A stretch of 64,000 nt of DNA, taken from positions 64,536 through 128,535 of the forward strand of contig JAKADZ010000002.1 in the NCBI GenBank assembly GCA_021818475.1, in the 5' to 3' direction. The position numbers and the translations under genes are program-made. This stretch comes from Nanobdellota archaeon. GTDB taxonomy: Archaea > Nanobdellota > Nanobdellia > Pacearchaeales > GW2011-AR1. Positions 35,762-45,164 of the stretch are shown here, one piece after another. How positions within the stretch are numbered: position 1 is the stretch's first letter; every line of letters starts with the position of its first letter. Under the pieces are notes generated by a model. It did not search any database. It worked only from the letters and a program-made list of their open reading frames with translations, and was not told where the DNA came from.

Positions 35762-37090
35762 TTATGGAGTTAATCTATCACGATCTCTTGGGAACATTGT
35801 TGCTTCTTTAACATTGTCAAGTCCGCAGATTTTTTGTGTGATTCTTTCAAGTCCAATACTCCATCCTGCATGAGGGGGTGCGCCGTATCTGAAAGAATCA
35901 ATATAAGATTCAAAATTCTTTGGATTAAGTCCTTTCATTTTTATTCTCTTGATTAACAATTCAGGAAGATGAATTCTCTGCCCGCCTGAAGTAATTTCAA
36001 CACCCAGATATAAAGCATCAAATCCCTCGCTGACTTTGCTGTCTTCTTTTTCATCTTTAGGCATAATGTAAAACGGCTTTAATGATGATGGCCACGAATG
36101 TGTAAAAACAAGATCTCCGGGATACATTTCACAAAGTTTAATTTCCTGTTCGGGAGTAAAGTCTTCTCCAAGTTTTCCACCAACTTTTTTTATTGCTTCC
36201 TCATAACTAAGATAAATTCCTTTCGGAACTTTCAAATTCTTAATCCCCAAAATTTCAAGTTCTTTCTTGCATTTCTCGAGAACAGTTTGAACAATATCTG
36301 CAACAACTTCTTCTTCCTCTTTCATAACTTCAAATTGATTTTTGAAAGCTACTTCAATGTCCATTTGCCTTATTTCATTAATATGTCTAGTAGTATTATG
36401 TTTCTCTGCTCTCCAAACAGGAGTAATAGTAAAAACTTTTTCCATGGAACAGGCAAGCATTTGCTTGTATAACTGAGGGGACTGAGCAAGATAAGCTTTC
36501 TTTTCAAAATACTGGACAGGGAACAGTTCTGTTCCTCCTTCAGATGCAGCTGAAATTATGCAGGGTGGCTGGATTTCCAAAAATCCTTTTTTGTAAAAAT
36601 GTTCTCTGAAAGTATTCTCTATCACATTCTGAATTTTAAAAATTGCCTGTGTTTTTCTTCTGTGAAAATCCAAAAATCTGTAATCAAGTCTCTTCGGCAA
36701 TTCCGTCTTTGAATTTTCAGAAACATCAATAAGCAAATCTTCTGCTTTATTAAGAATTTCAATTTTTGTTGGAGAAATTTCTTTTCCTCCTGGAGCCTGC
36801 TTTGAATCTTTAACTTCTCCTGAGATATACACTACTGACTCTCTTGAAATCTTGTCTATGATTTCAAAAATTTTCTTGTCAACTTCACCTTCAACAGCAG
36901 TTACCTGAATTTCTCCTGAGATATCAGATAAGATAAGAAATTTTATTTTCCCTAAAGCACGGGTATTTTTCACCCATCCTGCAAGTTCAACTTCCTTCTT
37001 CTTTCCGCTGAAAACTTCTGAAATTGAAATACGATTTTGCATTAAAAAATTACATAATCGGGATTTATTAGGTTTTTGGTAATTTTCCAT
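35762..37090 (-). CDS. aspS: aspartate--tRNA ligase (archaeal type, probably non-discriminating)
   Basis: 442 aa. OB-fold N-terminus (VELAGWVKNTRALGKIKFLILSDISGEIQV) and class II motif 3 (YGAPPHAGWSIGLERI). The non-discriminating call is inferred from the neighbouring gatCAB. Confidence 0.9.
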   Translation of the reverse strand: MENYQKPNKSRLCNFLMQNRISISEVFSGKKKEVELAGWVKNTRALGKIKFLILSDISGEIQVTAVEGEVDKKIFEIIDKISRESVVYISGEVKDSKQAPGGKEISPTKIEILNKAEDLLIDVSENSKTELPKRLDYRFLDFHRRKTQAIFKIQNVIENTFREHFYKKGFLEIQPPCIISAASEGGTELFPVQYFEKKAYLAQSPQLYKQMLACSMEKVFTITPVWRAEKHNTTRHINEIRQMDIEVAFKNQFEVMKEEEEVVADIVQTVLEKCKKELEILGIKNLKVPKGIYLSYEEAIKKVGGKLGEDFTPEQEIKLCEMYPGDLVFTHSWPSSLKPFYIMPKDEKEDSKVSEGFDALYLGVEITSGGQRIHLPELLIKRIKMKGLNPKNFESYIDSFRYGAPPHAGWSIGLERITQKICGLDNVKEATMFPRDRDRLTP

Positions 37091-37123
37091 TAGATTTTTA
37101 AATCAAAATTATTTTCGGAAAAT

Positions 37124-37675
37124 ATGACAAATCCATGGCATGATATTGAAGTTGGAGATAGAGCTCCTGAAATAATAAATGCGGTAATAGAAATTCCAAA
37201 AGATTCGACGGTAAAATATGAACTTGATAAAAAAACAGGATTGCTAAAGATGGACAGATTCCTTTATTCTGCAGTCCATTATCCCGGAGATTACGGATTC
37301 ATTCCCCAGACACTATGGGATGACAGGGACCCGCTCGATATTATTATATTAACAGGCAGACCGCTCTACCCAATGACGCTAGTAAAAGCCAGAGTCATAG
37401 GAGTTCTGAGGATGATAGACAGTGGGGAAAAAGATGACAAAATAATCGCAGTTTACAACGATGATCCGCGATACAAAGAAATAGAAGATGTCAAACATGC
37501 CCCTTCCCATACAATTGCAGAATTAAGACATTTCTTTGAAACTTACAAGCATCTTCAGGGAAAAAAATGCGAAATACTGGAAGTTCTCGGAAAAGATTCA
37601 GCATTCAAAGATATTGAAAGAGCAAAAAAGATGTATGAAGAAAAATATGGAAAAAAGAATAATTCATCTCTCTAA
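37124..37675 (+). CDS. ppa: inorganic pyrophosphatase (family I)
   Basis: 183 aa. VIEIPKDSTVKYELDK, YPGDYGFIPQT, DRDPLD and DDKIIAV motifs. Confidence 0.92.
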   Translation: MTNPWHDIEVGDRAPEIINAVIEIPKDSTVKYELDKKTGLLKMDRFLYSAVHYPGDYGFIPQTLWDDRDPLDIIILTGRPLYPMTLVKARVIGVLRMIDSGEKDDKIIAVYNDDPRYKEIEDVKHAPSHTIAELRHFFETYKHLQGKKCEILEVLGKDSAFKDIERAKKMYEEKYGKKNNSSL

Positions 37676-39115
37676 TAATTTCTTTATAATTCCCATAACT
37701 TCTCCGCCATTAATTCGGCCTTTCATTTCTTTCATTACCAATCCCATATAAGCATTCTCAGAAAGTCCTGGTTTTTCCTTTATAATTTTCAGAATTTCCT
37801 CTTCAACATTCCCGTCATGTTTCTTGAACTCGATTGCTTTTTCCATAGATTCCCCGTTAACAATTTTTTCCAGAACAAGTTTAATCTGTTCCCGTGAAAT
37901 TTTATTGTCTCTCAAAGATTCAGCAATAAAAATCAAAACATCTTTATTCAAGATTTCTTCAACTTCATTCAGTGATTTTTTTTCATGTGAAGCAATCTCC
38001 TTTGGAAAAACAAGCATGAGTTTTGCCATCAAAGTTGGTTCATTAAAAATATCAAGAAGTTCTTTGAATTCCTCAATTTTGTTATGCTTGAATAAAAGTT
38101 TAATCATTTCTTCATTAAGCCCTATTTTTTCGAGCCCTTTTTCAATATCTTCCCTCAGTTCAGGAAGGGTTTTCTTTGCTTCATTAATCATGTCTCTTGA
38201 AATCTTCAGCAGAGGCAAATCAGTTTCGGGGTACATTCTTGCCGCTCCAGGCAAAGGTCTAAGAAATTCAGTTGTTCCGTCGGGAAGAGCATTTCTGACT
38301 TCAGGTTTTACATATTCTTTTTTCTCAATAATGTCAAGTTGCCTTTTTATTTCAGTATTTATCGTCTGAACCATCATCGCCGGATCCTGAAATCCTTTTA
38401 TTTCAACTCTCTCTCCGTTTTTTATTGAAAGATTCAAATCCTGTCTTATTGTCCCAATCCCCCTTTTAACCTTGCAGCTTCGAAGAACTTTTCCAAGATA
38501 TAATGCAACTTCCTTGACCTGCTCAGGATCTTTCATATCCGGGGAAGTGGCTATCTCCACAAGAGGGATGCCAAGCCTGTCCAGCCTAAAAATACTTGAA
38601 TCTTTTTTTCTTTCAATTATCCTTGCGGCATCTTCTTCAAGACAAATGCTTTGAATTCCGACTCGGCCGGATTTTGTAACAATCCATCCATCATGTGCAA
38701 TCAAAACAGTCCTCTGAAATCCTGAAGTGTTGCTGCCGTCGATAACTGTCTTCCTCATAATCTGGGTGACGGGAAGAATTCTTGCGTTCAGCATGATTGC
38801 AACATGAAGGGCAATTTGCAAGGCTTCCTGATTAATTTCATAAGGAGGCATTTCATCAAGCTCAACAAGACAGGTTGTATCATAACCTTCGTAAATAAAT
38901 TCTTTTTCTTTTTCTGCCTCGTGTTTTGCAGCAATATCAATTTCCCCGCTTTCTCCCGCAACCACATGAAGTTTTCTCTTCACTTTAAAGTCTGGTTCAT
39001 CCTGTCTTAAAACTGAAAGACAATTGCAGAATAATTTTTTAGTGTCTAGCTGCTGATGAATTTCAAGCCCTGATTTGAACCCGATTTTATCATAGTTAAT
39101 TTTCTCTTCAGTCAT
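37664..39115 (-). CDS. gatE: Glu-tRNA(Gln) amidotransferase subunit E (short form)
   Basis: 483 aa. GLEIHQQLDTKKLFCNC, VVAGESGEIDIAAKHE, TCLVELDEMPP and VIDGSNTSGFQRT are GatE-specific blocks. It appears shorter than the GatE proteins I recall (about 600 aa). Confidence 0.8.
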   Translation of the reverse strand: MTEEKINYDKIGFKSGLEIHQQLDTKKLFCNCLSVLRQDEPDFKVKRKLHVVAGESGEIDIAAKHEAEKEKEFIYEGYDTTCLVELDEMPPYEINQEALQIALHVAIMLNARILPVTQIMRKTVIDGSNTSGFQRTVLIAHDGWIVTKSGRVGIQSICLEEDAARIIERKKDSSIFRLDRLGIPLVEIATSPDMKDPEQVKEVALYLGKVLRSCKVKRGIGTIRQDLNLSIKNGERVEIKGFQDPAMMVQTINTEIKRQLDIIEKKEYVKPEVRNALPDGTTEFLRPLPGAARMYPETDLPLLKISRDMINEAKKTLPELREDIEKGLEKIGLNEEMIKLLFKHNKIEEFKELLDIFNEPTLMAKLMLVFPKEIASHEKKSLNEVEEILNKDVLIFIAESLRDNKISREQIKLVLEKIVNGESMEKAIEFKKHDGNVEEEILKIIKEKPGLSENAYMGLVMKEMKGRINGGEVMGIIKKLLER

Positions 39116-39159
39116 AAATTATTAAGAAGAAAAGAGTTTATTAAATTTTAGAATTAATC

Positions 39160-39915
39160 CTAAGGGTTATATGCTTTTTTTACAGAATTTAAAAGTTCAG
39201 GGAAAAATTTTTCAACAATAGGAATTTCCTCTTTTCTTAGGTTGAGGGAATATTTGCTGATAAAATCCAGATAACTCAAAATTAATTCCTGGGAGGATGA
39301 AGAATGTTGTCTAAACAGATTTCCTAATTTATCCGTATCAATGGAAGGGAGTTCAGGCTTATAAAATGGAGCAAGCAATATGTTTAAACTATCAACGGCA
39401 TCTTTCCCATAGAACCTATTTTTAAGAATAGATCTTCTTGCTTTTAGAGTAATCAAAAATTCAGGGGAAATAGAAGTAAGGTTGCCGGTTTCAAAAGAAA
39501 ATCTTCGGGCATCCTGCTCAAAGCTTTCAGGAATTTTCCATCCATGAGTTTCGTCTATATCAAACCCCACCGGAATCCCTTGATATTCTAAAAATACATC
39601 TCCGTAATCTGTTGTCTGAAAAAGTTCTGCCCCAAATCGCTGATAAAGTAAATTCAATCCTTCTTCATTGGTAGTACAATCCAAATCGTTGCTTGTTCTT
39701 CTCATTTTTCTAAAACCAAGAATTTTGGAGCATGCACAAAATCCCCCCATTACAATTAAGTTTCCTTCAGAAATTTCATCAAGTTCAGTCATAGCTCTGA
39801 TTAAATAATCTTCATCAAAATGTTGTTTGCCATACTCGTCAAGTCTTTTTCGTCCAAGTTCTTTCCTTTGAATTTTCATGGAAGAACAAAGTTTAGTCAA
39901 TTTTGATTTTTCCAT
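39160..39915 (-). CDS. putative nucleotidyltransferase (AbiEii/DUF1814-like motif)
   Basis: 251 aa. VMGGFCACSKILGFRKMRRTSNDLDCTT resembles the GG-x-A...R-x-T/S-x-D-L/I-D nucleotidyltransferase motif. The assignment is tentative. Confidence 0.4.
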   Translation of the reverse strand: MEKSKLTKLCSSMKIQRKELGRKRLDEYGKQHFDEDYLIRAMTELDEISEGNLIVMGGFCACSKILGFRKMRRTSNDLDCTTNEEGLNLLYQRFGAELFQTTDYGDVFLEYQGIPVGFDIDETHGWKIPESFEQDARRFSFETGNLTSISPEFLITLKARRSILKNRFYGKDAVDSLNILLAPFYKPELPSIDTDKLGNLFRQHSSSSQELILSYLDFISKYSLNLRKEEIPIVEKFFPELLNSVKKAYNP

Positions 39916-39944
39916 TTTATTTTTTGCTTATTCGGATTTGAAAT

Positions 39945-40748
39945 TTATTTCTCAAAAATATCAATACAGGCAGAAGAAATTTTTAAATCACCGAGAATTT
40001 CGTCTAACCCGGTATTAATCTTGCTTGCACAGTAATTATAAAATTCTCTTTGTCCATCCAGATCCCTTTTCTCATAAGCAGGAAATGTTTTACAAAGCAG
40101 TCTAAGATAATATTTTGCTTCTCCTGCAGGAATGATTACTGGGGGCAATCCTTCGCCATATAAAATTCTGTCCTGGATAAGCCTGAATGTTCTTTTGTTG
40201 CCTTCATCAAAAGGTTGAATAGCTGCACCTTCTAAGTGCCATGTTATCGCTGCTTCTAAAAAATCATCTGAAAAATTTTCTCGGATAGATTCATCAGCTT
40301 TCTGCATTCTCTCCTGAATTTCTTCCGGTTCAGCAGGACTATAATCATCGCAGTTCAGAGTAACTCTATCAGTCCTAAAACCAAAATGTTTTTTTGAGCC
40401 TCCAAGAACCAAAGAATTTAATGATTTAACAATCTCAAAATCATCTTTATTAATATCCTCTATCAAACTTTCGGAAAGCATTGGATTAACAAGATAATTC
40501 CATCCGTTATGCATACTCTGAATCCCTTTTGTTGATAATTTTTTCAGAGTTTTTTGGGATTTATTTTCGAGATATAAACTTCTTCTTAATTCAGGATTCT
40601 CTATCCAGAAAGAAAACACATCTCCGATAGTTCGGAGCTCTTTTATTATCTTTCTTCTTCTTGTTTCGTAACATTGAGGATGATCTCTGATTCTGTCAGC
40701 TTTCTCAGAAATTTCTCTTCTTAAAATAGGATCAATATATTTTTGCAT
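39945..40748 (-). CDS. Fic/Doc-family protein with degenerate core motif (Gln in place of catalytic His)
   Basis: 267 aa. IQPFDEGNKRTFRL aligns with the Fic motif H-P-F-x-[DE]-G-N-G-R-x-x-R, with H to Q and G to K (Doc-like K). Confidence 0.6.
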   Translation of the reverse strand: MQKYIDPILRREISEKADRIRDHPQCYETRRRKIIKELRTIGDVFSFWIENPELRRSLYLENKSQKTLKKLSTKGIQSMHNGWNYLVNPMLSESLIEDINKDDFEIVKSLNSLVLGGSKKHFGFRTDRVTLNCDDYSPAEPEEIQERMQKADESIRENFSDDFLEAAITWHLEGAAIQPFDEGNKRTFRLIQDRILYGEGLPPVIIPAGEAKYYLRLLCKTFPAYEKRDLDGQREFYNYCASKINTGLDEILGDLKISSACIDIFEK

Positions 40749-40811
40749 TATTTAACAGAACCTTCAATATTATTTAAATTCTTCTATTGTAACCTCTTTA
40801 TAGTTATTACA

Positions 40812-41204
40812 TTAAACAATTCTTACTATTTCTCCATTTTTATCAAGCTCAATAAAATGGGTTAATTTTCCGCTGACGTAATCAGGACACTGATTTTCCG
40901 GGAGATTATCTTCTGCCGTTCTTGGAACATGGACTAAATCAACGGCATAATTATCACATGTTCCCAAACATTGTGAATTTTTTTCCTGTTTAAAATTGTC
41001 GAATAAATAATTAGCGCATGAAATTAAATGTTGTTGTTCAAGAACATCTTCAGGTGTTGAAACAGGATTTCCATGCTGAACCCAGACTCCCCGTGAATCT
41101 TTTACCCAGCCATCTTCCTGCATTCTGAAGAATAAAAAAATTCCAAATATGATTAAAAGAAAAATTCCCGCAACCCAATACACCTTCTTTATTTTTGGCT
41201 TCAT
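40812..41204 (-). CDS. membrane-anchored Cys-containing hypothetical protein (130 aa)
   Basis: N-terminal TM VYWVAGIFLLIIFGIFLFF. Its ATG overlaps the gatD stop (ATGA). Confidence 0.5.
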   Translation of the reverse strand: MKPKIKKVYWVAGIFLLIIFGIFLFFRMQEDGWVKDSRGVWVQHGNPVSTPEDVLEQQHLISCANYLFDNFKQEKNSQCLGTCDNYAVDLVHVPRTAEDNLPENQCPDYVSGKLTHFIELDKNGEIVRIV

Positions 41205-42484
41205 TCCTCTAATCGGTTATTAAGCTCTCCCGAAATATTCTCTAGCATTTTTTCTTTAATAATTTTCTTAGTCTTCTTCCACTCATCATGCCCCAAAACC
41301 CAGCCCAGTTTTACAAATGCAGTTTCACTCAGCATATCTTCTAGATAAATTACTCCTGTTCCCAAAACTTCTCTTCCACTCGAATAAACAAGAGGATCAG
41401 TTCTGCCGTAGATGCACTGGCTTGCAGCACAGACAATAATTCCTTTTTTCTGAACCTCTTTTAATTTCTGAATCCATGATTCTCTGGCCTCTTTTGCAGG
41501 AGCGTCCCCAATGCCAAATAATTCCAAAACTATTCCTTTGTATCCTTTCCTCACATAATAATCCAGAATATCCGGACTCTGTCCGGGATAAATTTTAACA
41601 AGTGCAACTTTCTCTTCGAATTTGTAATCTAAAATTGCTTTGTTCTTATTTCTTAATTTCCATTCAGAAATTCGCTCTATTTTGTCAGGAAAAATTTTTG
41701 CAAATGGCTTGTCATTCACAACTTTAAATGCATCTCTCCGTGAAGTGTGAAGTTTTCTGACTTTTGTTCCGGGCATAGCATAGCAATAATCATCATTTGA
41801 GGAAGCATGTCCGACGAGAGAAACCTCTGCAATATCAGAAACAGCAACTAAACTCGCACATTGCAAATTTAAATCTGCGTCGCTGCTTGCTCTGTCTATG
41901 CTTCTCTGTGAATAAGTAAGAACAACCGGCTTGTTTAGATTTTTAATAAAAAAACTCAAAGCTGAAGAGGTATAATGCAGAGTATCAGTCCCATGAGTAA
42001 TTATTACTCCCTGAATATTATTATCATTCAATGAATCCACAGTTAATTTCGCAATTTTCTGCCAGTCCTTAAAATCCATTGCGCTGGAATCTTTTAGAAA
42101 AGGAACTTCCACCTTGGAAATATTTACTTTATCAAAAATTTTCGGAAATGTTTTAAATAAATCCTCGGGGGTTTTTATCGGGGAAACTCCTCCTGTTCTG
42201 TAATCCATTTTCGAAGCGATTGTCCCTCCGGTAATAATGAGAGCAACATTTTTTTTCTCAGGGTCTTTTTTGATCTCAAAAGGTTTTTCTTTCTCTTCTT
42301 TATTTTTTTTCATAAGAACAATTTTCAAAACATCTTTTTTGTTGAATCCGATGTTATATCCAGAATCAAGTTTGAGCATAACAATCCCTGTTTCAGGACT
42401 GTCAAGCAAAACTCCTTCATAAATTAATTTTGTAAGATGAACTTCAACGTAATCTCCGGGTTTAACTCCAGTTTTTTCCATCAA
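41201..42484 (-). CDS. gatD: Glu-tRNA(Gln) amidotransferase subunit D
   Basis: 427 aa. N-terminal barrel domain plus an asparaginase-like domain (ALIITGGTIASK, ITHGTDTL). Confidence 0.9.
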   Translation of the reverse strand: MMEKTGVKPGDYVEVHLTKLIYEGVLLDSPETGIVMLKLDSGYNIGFNKKDVLKIVLMKKNKEEKEKPFEIKKDPEKKNVALIITGGTIASKMDYRTGGVSPIKTPEDLFKTFPKIFDKVNISKVEVPFLKDSSAMDFKDWQKIAKLTVDSLNDNNIQGVIITHGTDTLHYTSSALSFFIKNLNKPVVLTYSQRSIDRASSDADLNLQCASLVAVSDIAEVSLVGHASSNDDYCYAMPGTKVRKLHTSRRDAFKVVNDKPFAKIFPDKIERISEWKLRNKNKAILDYKFEEKVALVKIYPGQSPDILDYYVRKGYKGIVLELFGIGDAPAKEARESWIQKLKEVQKKGIIVCAASQCIYGRTDPLVYSSGREVLGTGVIYLEDMLSETAFVKLGWVLGHDEWKKTKKIIKEKMLENISGELNNRLEE

Positions 42485-42519
42485 TCAGAGAGAGTAGAGA
42501 AATATAAAAAACTTCTTGT

Positions 42520-42783
42520 TTATACAAACCCCATAAGTCCGGTTTCCAATTTTTTAAATTTGGTTATCTTTCCGTTTTTTATTCCTTTCTGAATTTCATC
42601 AAAAGATTGATACTCCACAGAAAAAGAGCGGTCTTTCATTGAACGATTCATAAAAATGTTCATGTTCTCATTAATACAGTAAACTTCCCCTTCATTTGTG
42701 ACATAACCCCCCTGTTTGATAATTTCCTGATTGCAAAACTGGCAATAAAATCTTTCATTCTTCTGAAATAAAAACTTAAACAT
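42520..42783 (-). CDS. small hypothetical protein (87 aa)
   Basis: ORF with CQFC...C residues. No confident motif. Confidence 0.4.
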   Translation of the reverse strand: MFKFLFQKNERFYCQFCNQEIIKQGGYVTNEGEVYCINENMNIFMNRSMKDRSFSVEYQSFDEIQKGIKNGKITKFKKLETGLMGFV

Positions 42784-42857
42784 TTACCAAAAAAATGTTA
42801 ATAATTTTTAAATGTTTATATACAAAATTTAATAAATTAAAATAAATTCAAGAATAG

Positions 42858-44219
42858 ATGGTAAAAATAGGATTGGAAATTCATGGTTATATAAACACAG
42901 GTGAAAAACTTTTCTGCAGATGCAAAACAGTTCATGGGTTAAAATTTTCAGAACCAAATACAAATATCTGCCCGATTTGCACAGGACAACCTGGAGCGAA
43001 GCCGATGCTTCCGAATAAATCAGCAATTGACAAATCAATTCAGATAGGCCTTATATTAAACTGCAAGATAAATCCAAAATTAATCTGGCAAAGGAAACAT
43101 TATGACTGGCCTGACCTTCCAAAAGGATACCAAAATACAATTTCAGGAGCTCATGCAAAAACTACGGGAGAAAACGGAGAGTTTATGGGAATAAAAATAA
43201 GGGAGATTCATCTTGAAGAAGACCCCGCCGCATGGAATCCAAAAACAGGGGAAATAGATTACAACCGTTCTGGTTCACCATTAATTGAAATTGTAACAGA
43301 GCCCGATTTCTCTTCGGCGGAACAGGTAATTGACTGGCTTAAACAATTAGTCTTAACTTTAAGTTATATAAAAGTATTTGATAAAAAATCAGGGATAAAA
43401 GCAGATGTGAATATTTCTCTTCCTGAATTAAAGGGAGAAAGAGTCGAAGTAAAAAATATCAATTCACTGAAAAATATCAAAACTGCAATAGAGTTCGAGA
43501 TAAGCAGACAAAAAACAGATGTTCCAAAGGTTCAGGAAACAAGAATGTTTGATGAATCAAAAGGAGCAACATTAAAAATGCGAAGCAAAGAACAGGCAGA
43601 AGATTACAGATTCATTTCAGATCCGGATTTGCCTGCAATAATAATTGAAAAATCAAGAGTAGAAAAAATAAAATCTGCAATTCCTGAAACCCCTCAGGAA
43701 AAACTAAAAAAGCTGATTAAAAAATATAACATTGAAAAAAAATATGCCGAGATTCTTACTAAAAAAATTGATATTGCAGAATTTTTCGAAAAAATTATTG
43801 AGAAAGCAAACCCTAAGATTGCATCACAGTGGACAACAATTGAACTTCTTAGCGTTTTGAATTACAACAAAAAAGAATTTGAAGATGTTGAAATTTCTCC
43901 CGAGCATTTCATTGAACTTTTGAAATTAATTGAAAATAAAAAAATTACAGAATTAAAAGCAAAAGAAATTCTAAGAAGCTGGAAAGAAAAATCTTCATCT
44001 CCTGCAAAAGAAGCAGAAAGCAGTTCAAAAATTTCTTCAGAAGGAGAAATTGAAAAAGTTGCAAAAAAAATAATCAAAGAAAATTCAAATGCAGTAAAAG
44101 ATTTCAGGGCAGGAAAATCAGAATCTTTAAATTTCCTGATAGGAAAAGTCATGCAAAAAACAAATAAGCGCGCAGATTTCAAAACAGCTAGGGAAGTTTT
44201 GGAAAAATTATTAAGATAA
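42858..44219 (+). CDS. gatB: Asp/Glu-tRNA amidotransferase subunit B
   Basis: 453 aa. IGLEIHGYINTGEKLFCRC, PNTNICPICTGQPGAKPMLPN, HYDWPDLPKGYQNT and a YqeY-like tail. Confidence 0.9.
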   Translation: MVKIGLEIHGYINTGEKLFCRCKTVHGLKFSEPNTNICPICTGQPGAKPMLPNKSAIDKSIQIGLILNCKINPKLIWQRKHYDWPDLPKGYQNTISGAHAKTTGENGEFMGIKIREIHLEEDPAAWNPKTGEIDYNRSGSPLIEIVTEPDFSSAEQVIDWLKQLVLTLSYIKVFDKKSGIKADVNISLPELKGERVEVKNINSLKNIKTAIEFEISRQKTDVPKVQETRMFDESKGATLKMRSKEQAEDYRFISDPDLPAIIIEKSRVEKIKSAIPETPQEKLKKLIKKYNIEKKYAEILTKKIDIAEFFEKIIEKANPKIASQWTTIELLSVLNYNKKEFEDVEISPEHFIELLKLIENKKITELKAKEILRSWKEKSSSPAKEAESSSKISSEGEIEKVAKKIIKENSNAVKDFRAGKSESLNFLIGKVMQKTNKRADFKTAREVLEKLLR

Positions 44220-44228
44220 TTTAATATT

Positions 44229-44625
44229 TTATCACCTCTTTTTTATTTAAGAAGTTGGATTTAATCTGTTTTATTTTGTTGGGATTTCATTTGAGTTTTT
44301 TCTCCTTAACAATTTTTCCGGCGTAGCGTCGTGTCTGAAAGCCGACACAAAGCAATCAATAATAAAAAAAGAAAGGATAAAATTTTTCTTCCCTCTTCGG
44401 ATGTGCGAGCGTTTGCACAAGTGATAACTTTCCTCTTGGGGCGGGGGCGGGAAGAAAATTCCCTTGAATATGAGAAACTTCGCGAGTAGAAACATTTTCC
44501 CTTCGGGCGTGAGGGGGGGAATAAATGAGCGAAGTCGCGAATGAAATTCTATTAAATAAATTTACTCCATAAAAAAATATTCCTTTGGGGAGGGCGGGTG
44601 GGAACGGGTAGAATAAGGCAAGAAA
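44229..44625 (+). repeat. largest cluster of the modular repeat (A motif, hairpin module, several E-type GC modules, G-quadruplex motif)
   Basis: ttatcacctctttttt at 44229-44244. gtgtc-tgaaagcc-gacac hairpin. gatgtgcgagcgtttgcac. ggggcgggggcggg at 44438-44451. aatgagcgaagtcgcgaatg. ggggagggcgggtggg at 44587-44602. Confidence 0.85.
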
Positions 44626-44636
44626 GAAAATAAAAT

Positions 44637-44828
44637 TTATTTCTTTAGAACAAGACAAGTATAATAATCCTCACATAAATCACAACTTTTCCCTGGACGA
44701 TAACATCTTGGCTCAGGTTTATCTTTTTCTTCTTGCTGTTCCGAAGATGCAAGTGCTTTATCTGACCACATCCATCTTTCCCGTGCATCTAAAAAAGAAG
44801 AAAGTTCTCTGTAATTTTCTTTTCCCAT
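44637..44828 (-). CDS. small Cys-rich hypothetical protein (63 aa)
   Basis: ORF with a CYRPGKSCDLCEDYYTC C-terminus. No motif recognised. Confidence 0.4.
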   Translation of the reverse strand: MGKENYRELSSFLDARERWMWSDKALASSEQQEEKDKPEPRCYRPGKSCDLCEDYYTCLVLKK

Positions 44829-44990
44829 TTGGGTAAAATAATCTTCCGATTTTTAAAGATTATTGTGATAAAAATTCCTTTTAAGTTACGATTAAAAAAA
44901 TTTCCTTTGGGTTTTCTACCACATTAGGTTCTTTCCGAATTTCTATGCGGAATGGGTAAGTTTCTACTCTCACTTTTTTCAAAAGAACCC

Positions 44991-45009
44991 ATGAGCCCAC
45001 GAGGAATTG
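44991..45009 (-). repeat. duplicated 3' fragment of tRNA-Arg (19 nt, identical to 45164-45182)
   Basis: atgagcccacgaggaattg is repeated exactly, covering the T-loop/T-stem/acceptor 3' strand plus 1 nt. The two copies are separated by 154 bp. Confidence 0.9.
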
Positions 45010-45079
45010 GGCCTCACGTTCGCTCGACCTAATTCATCTTTTTCAAATCCGAATTAAACCCAAGAGTTCAATTCAAATA

Positions 45080-45135
45080 GATTAATTTTGTTTTCAACAT
45101 CAGGCTTGACCACAAATTCAAGGGGAAAATGAGTG
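45080..45135 (+). repeat. repeat-family fragment between tRNA-Arg and its duplicated 3' end
   Basis: gattaattttgttttcaacatcaggcttgaccacaaattcaaggggaaaatgagtg is collinear with 58862-58911 (gattaggttgtcttcaacaggcttgaccacactttcaaggggaaaatgtgtg). Confidence 0.8.
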
Positions 45136-45164
45136 TAAAGAAACCGTGTAGGTTTCGTTCATTA

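Noticed and set aside
44271-44658. ORFs 44271-44495 and 44356-44658 (minus strand).
   Set aside because: They are composed almost entirely of the GC-rich repeat cluster. The same sequence blocks occur in non-coding contexts elsewhere, and there are no start context or motifs.
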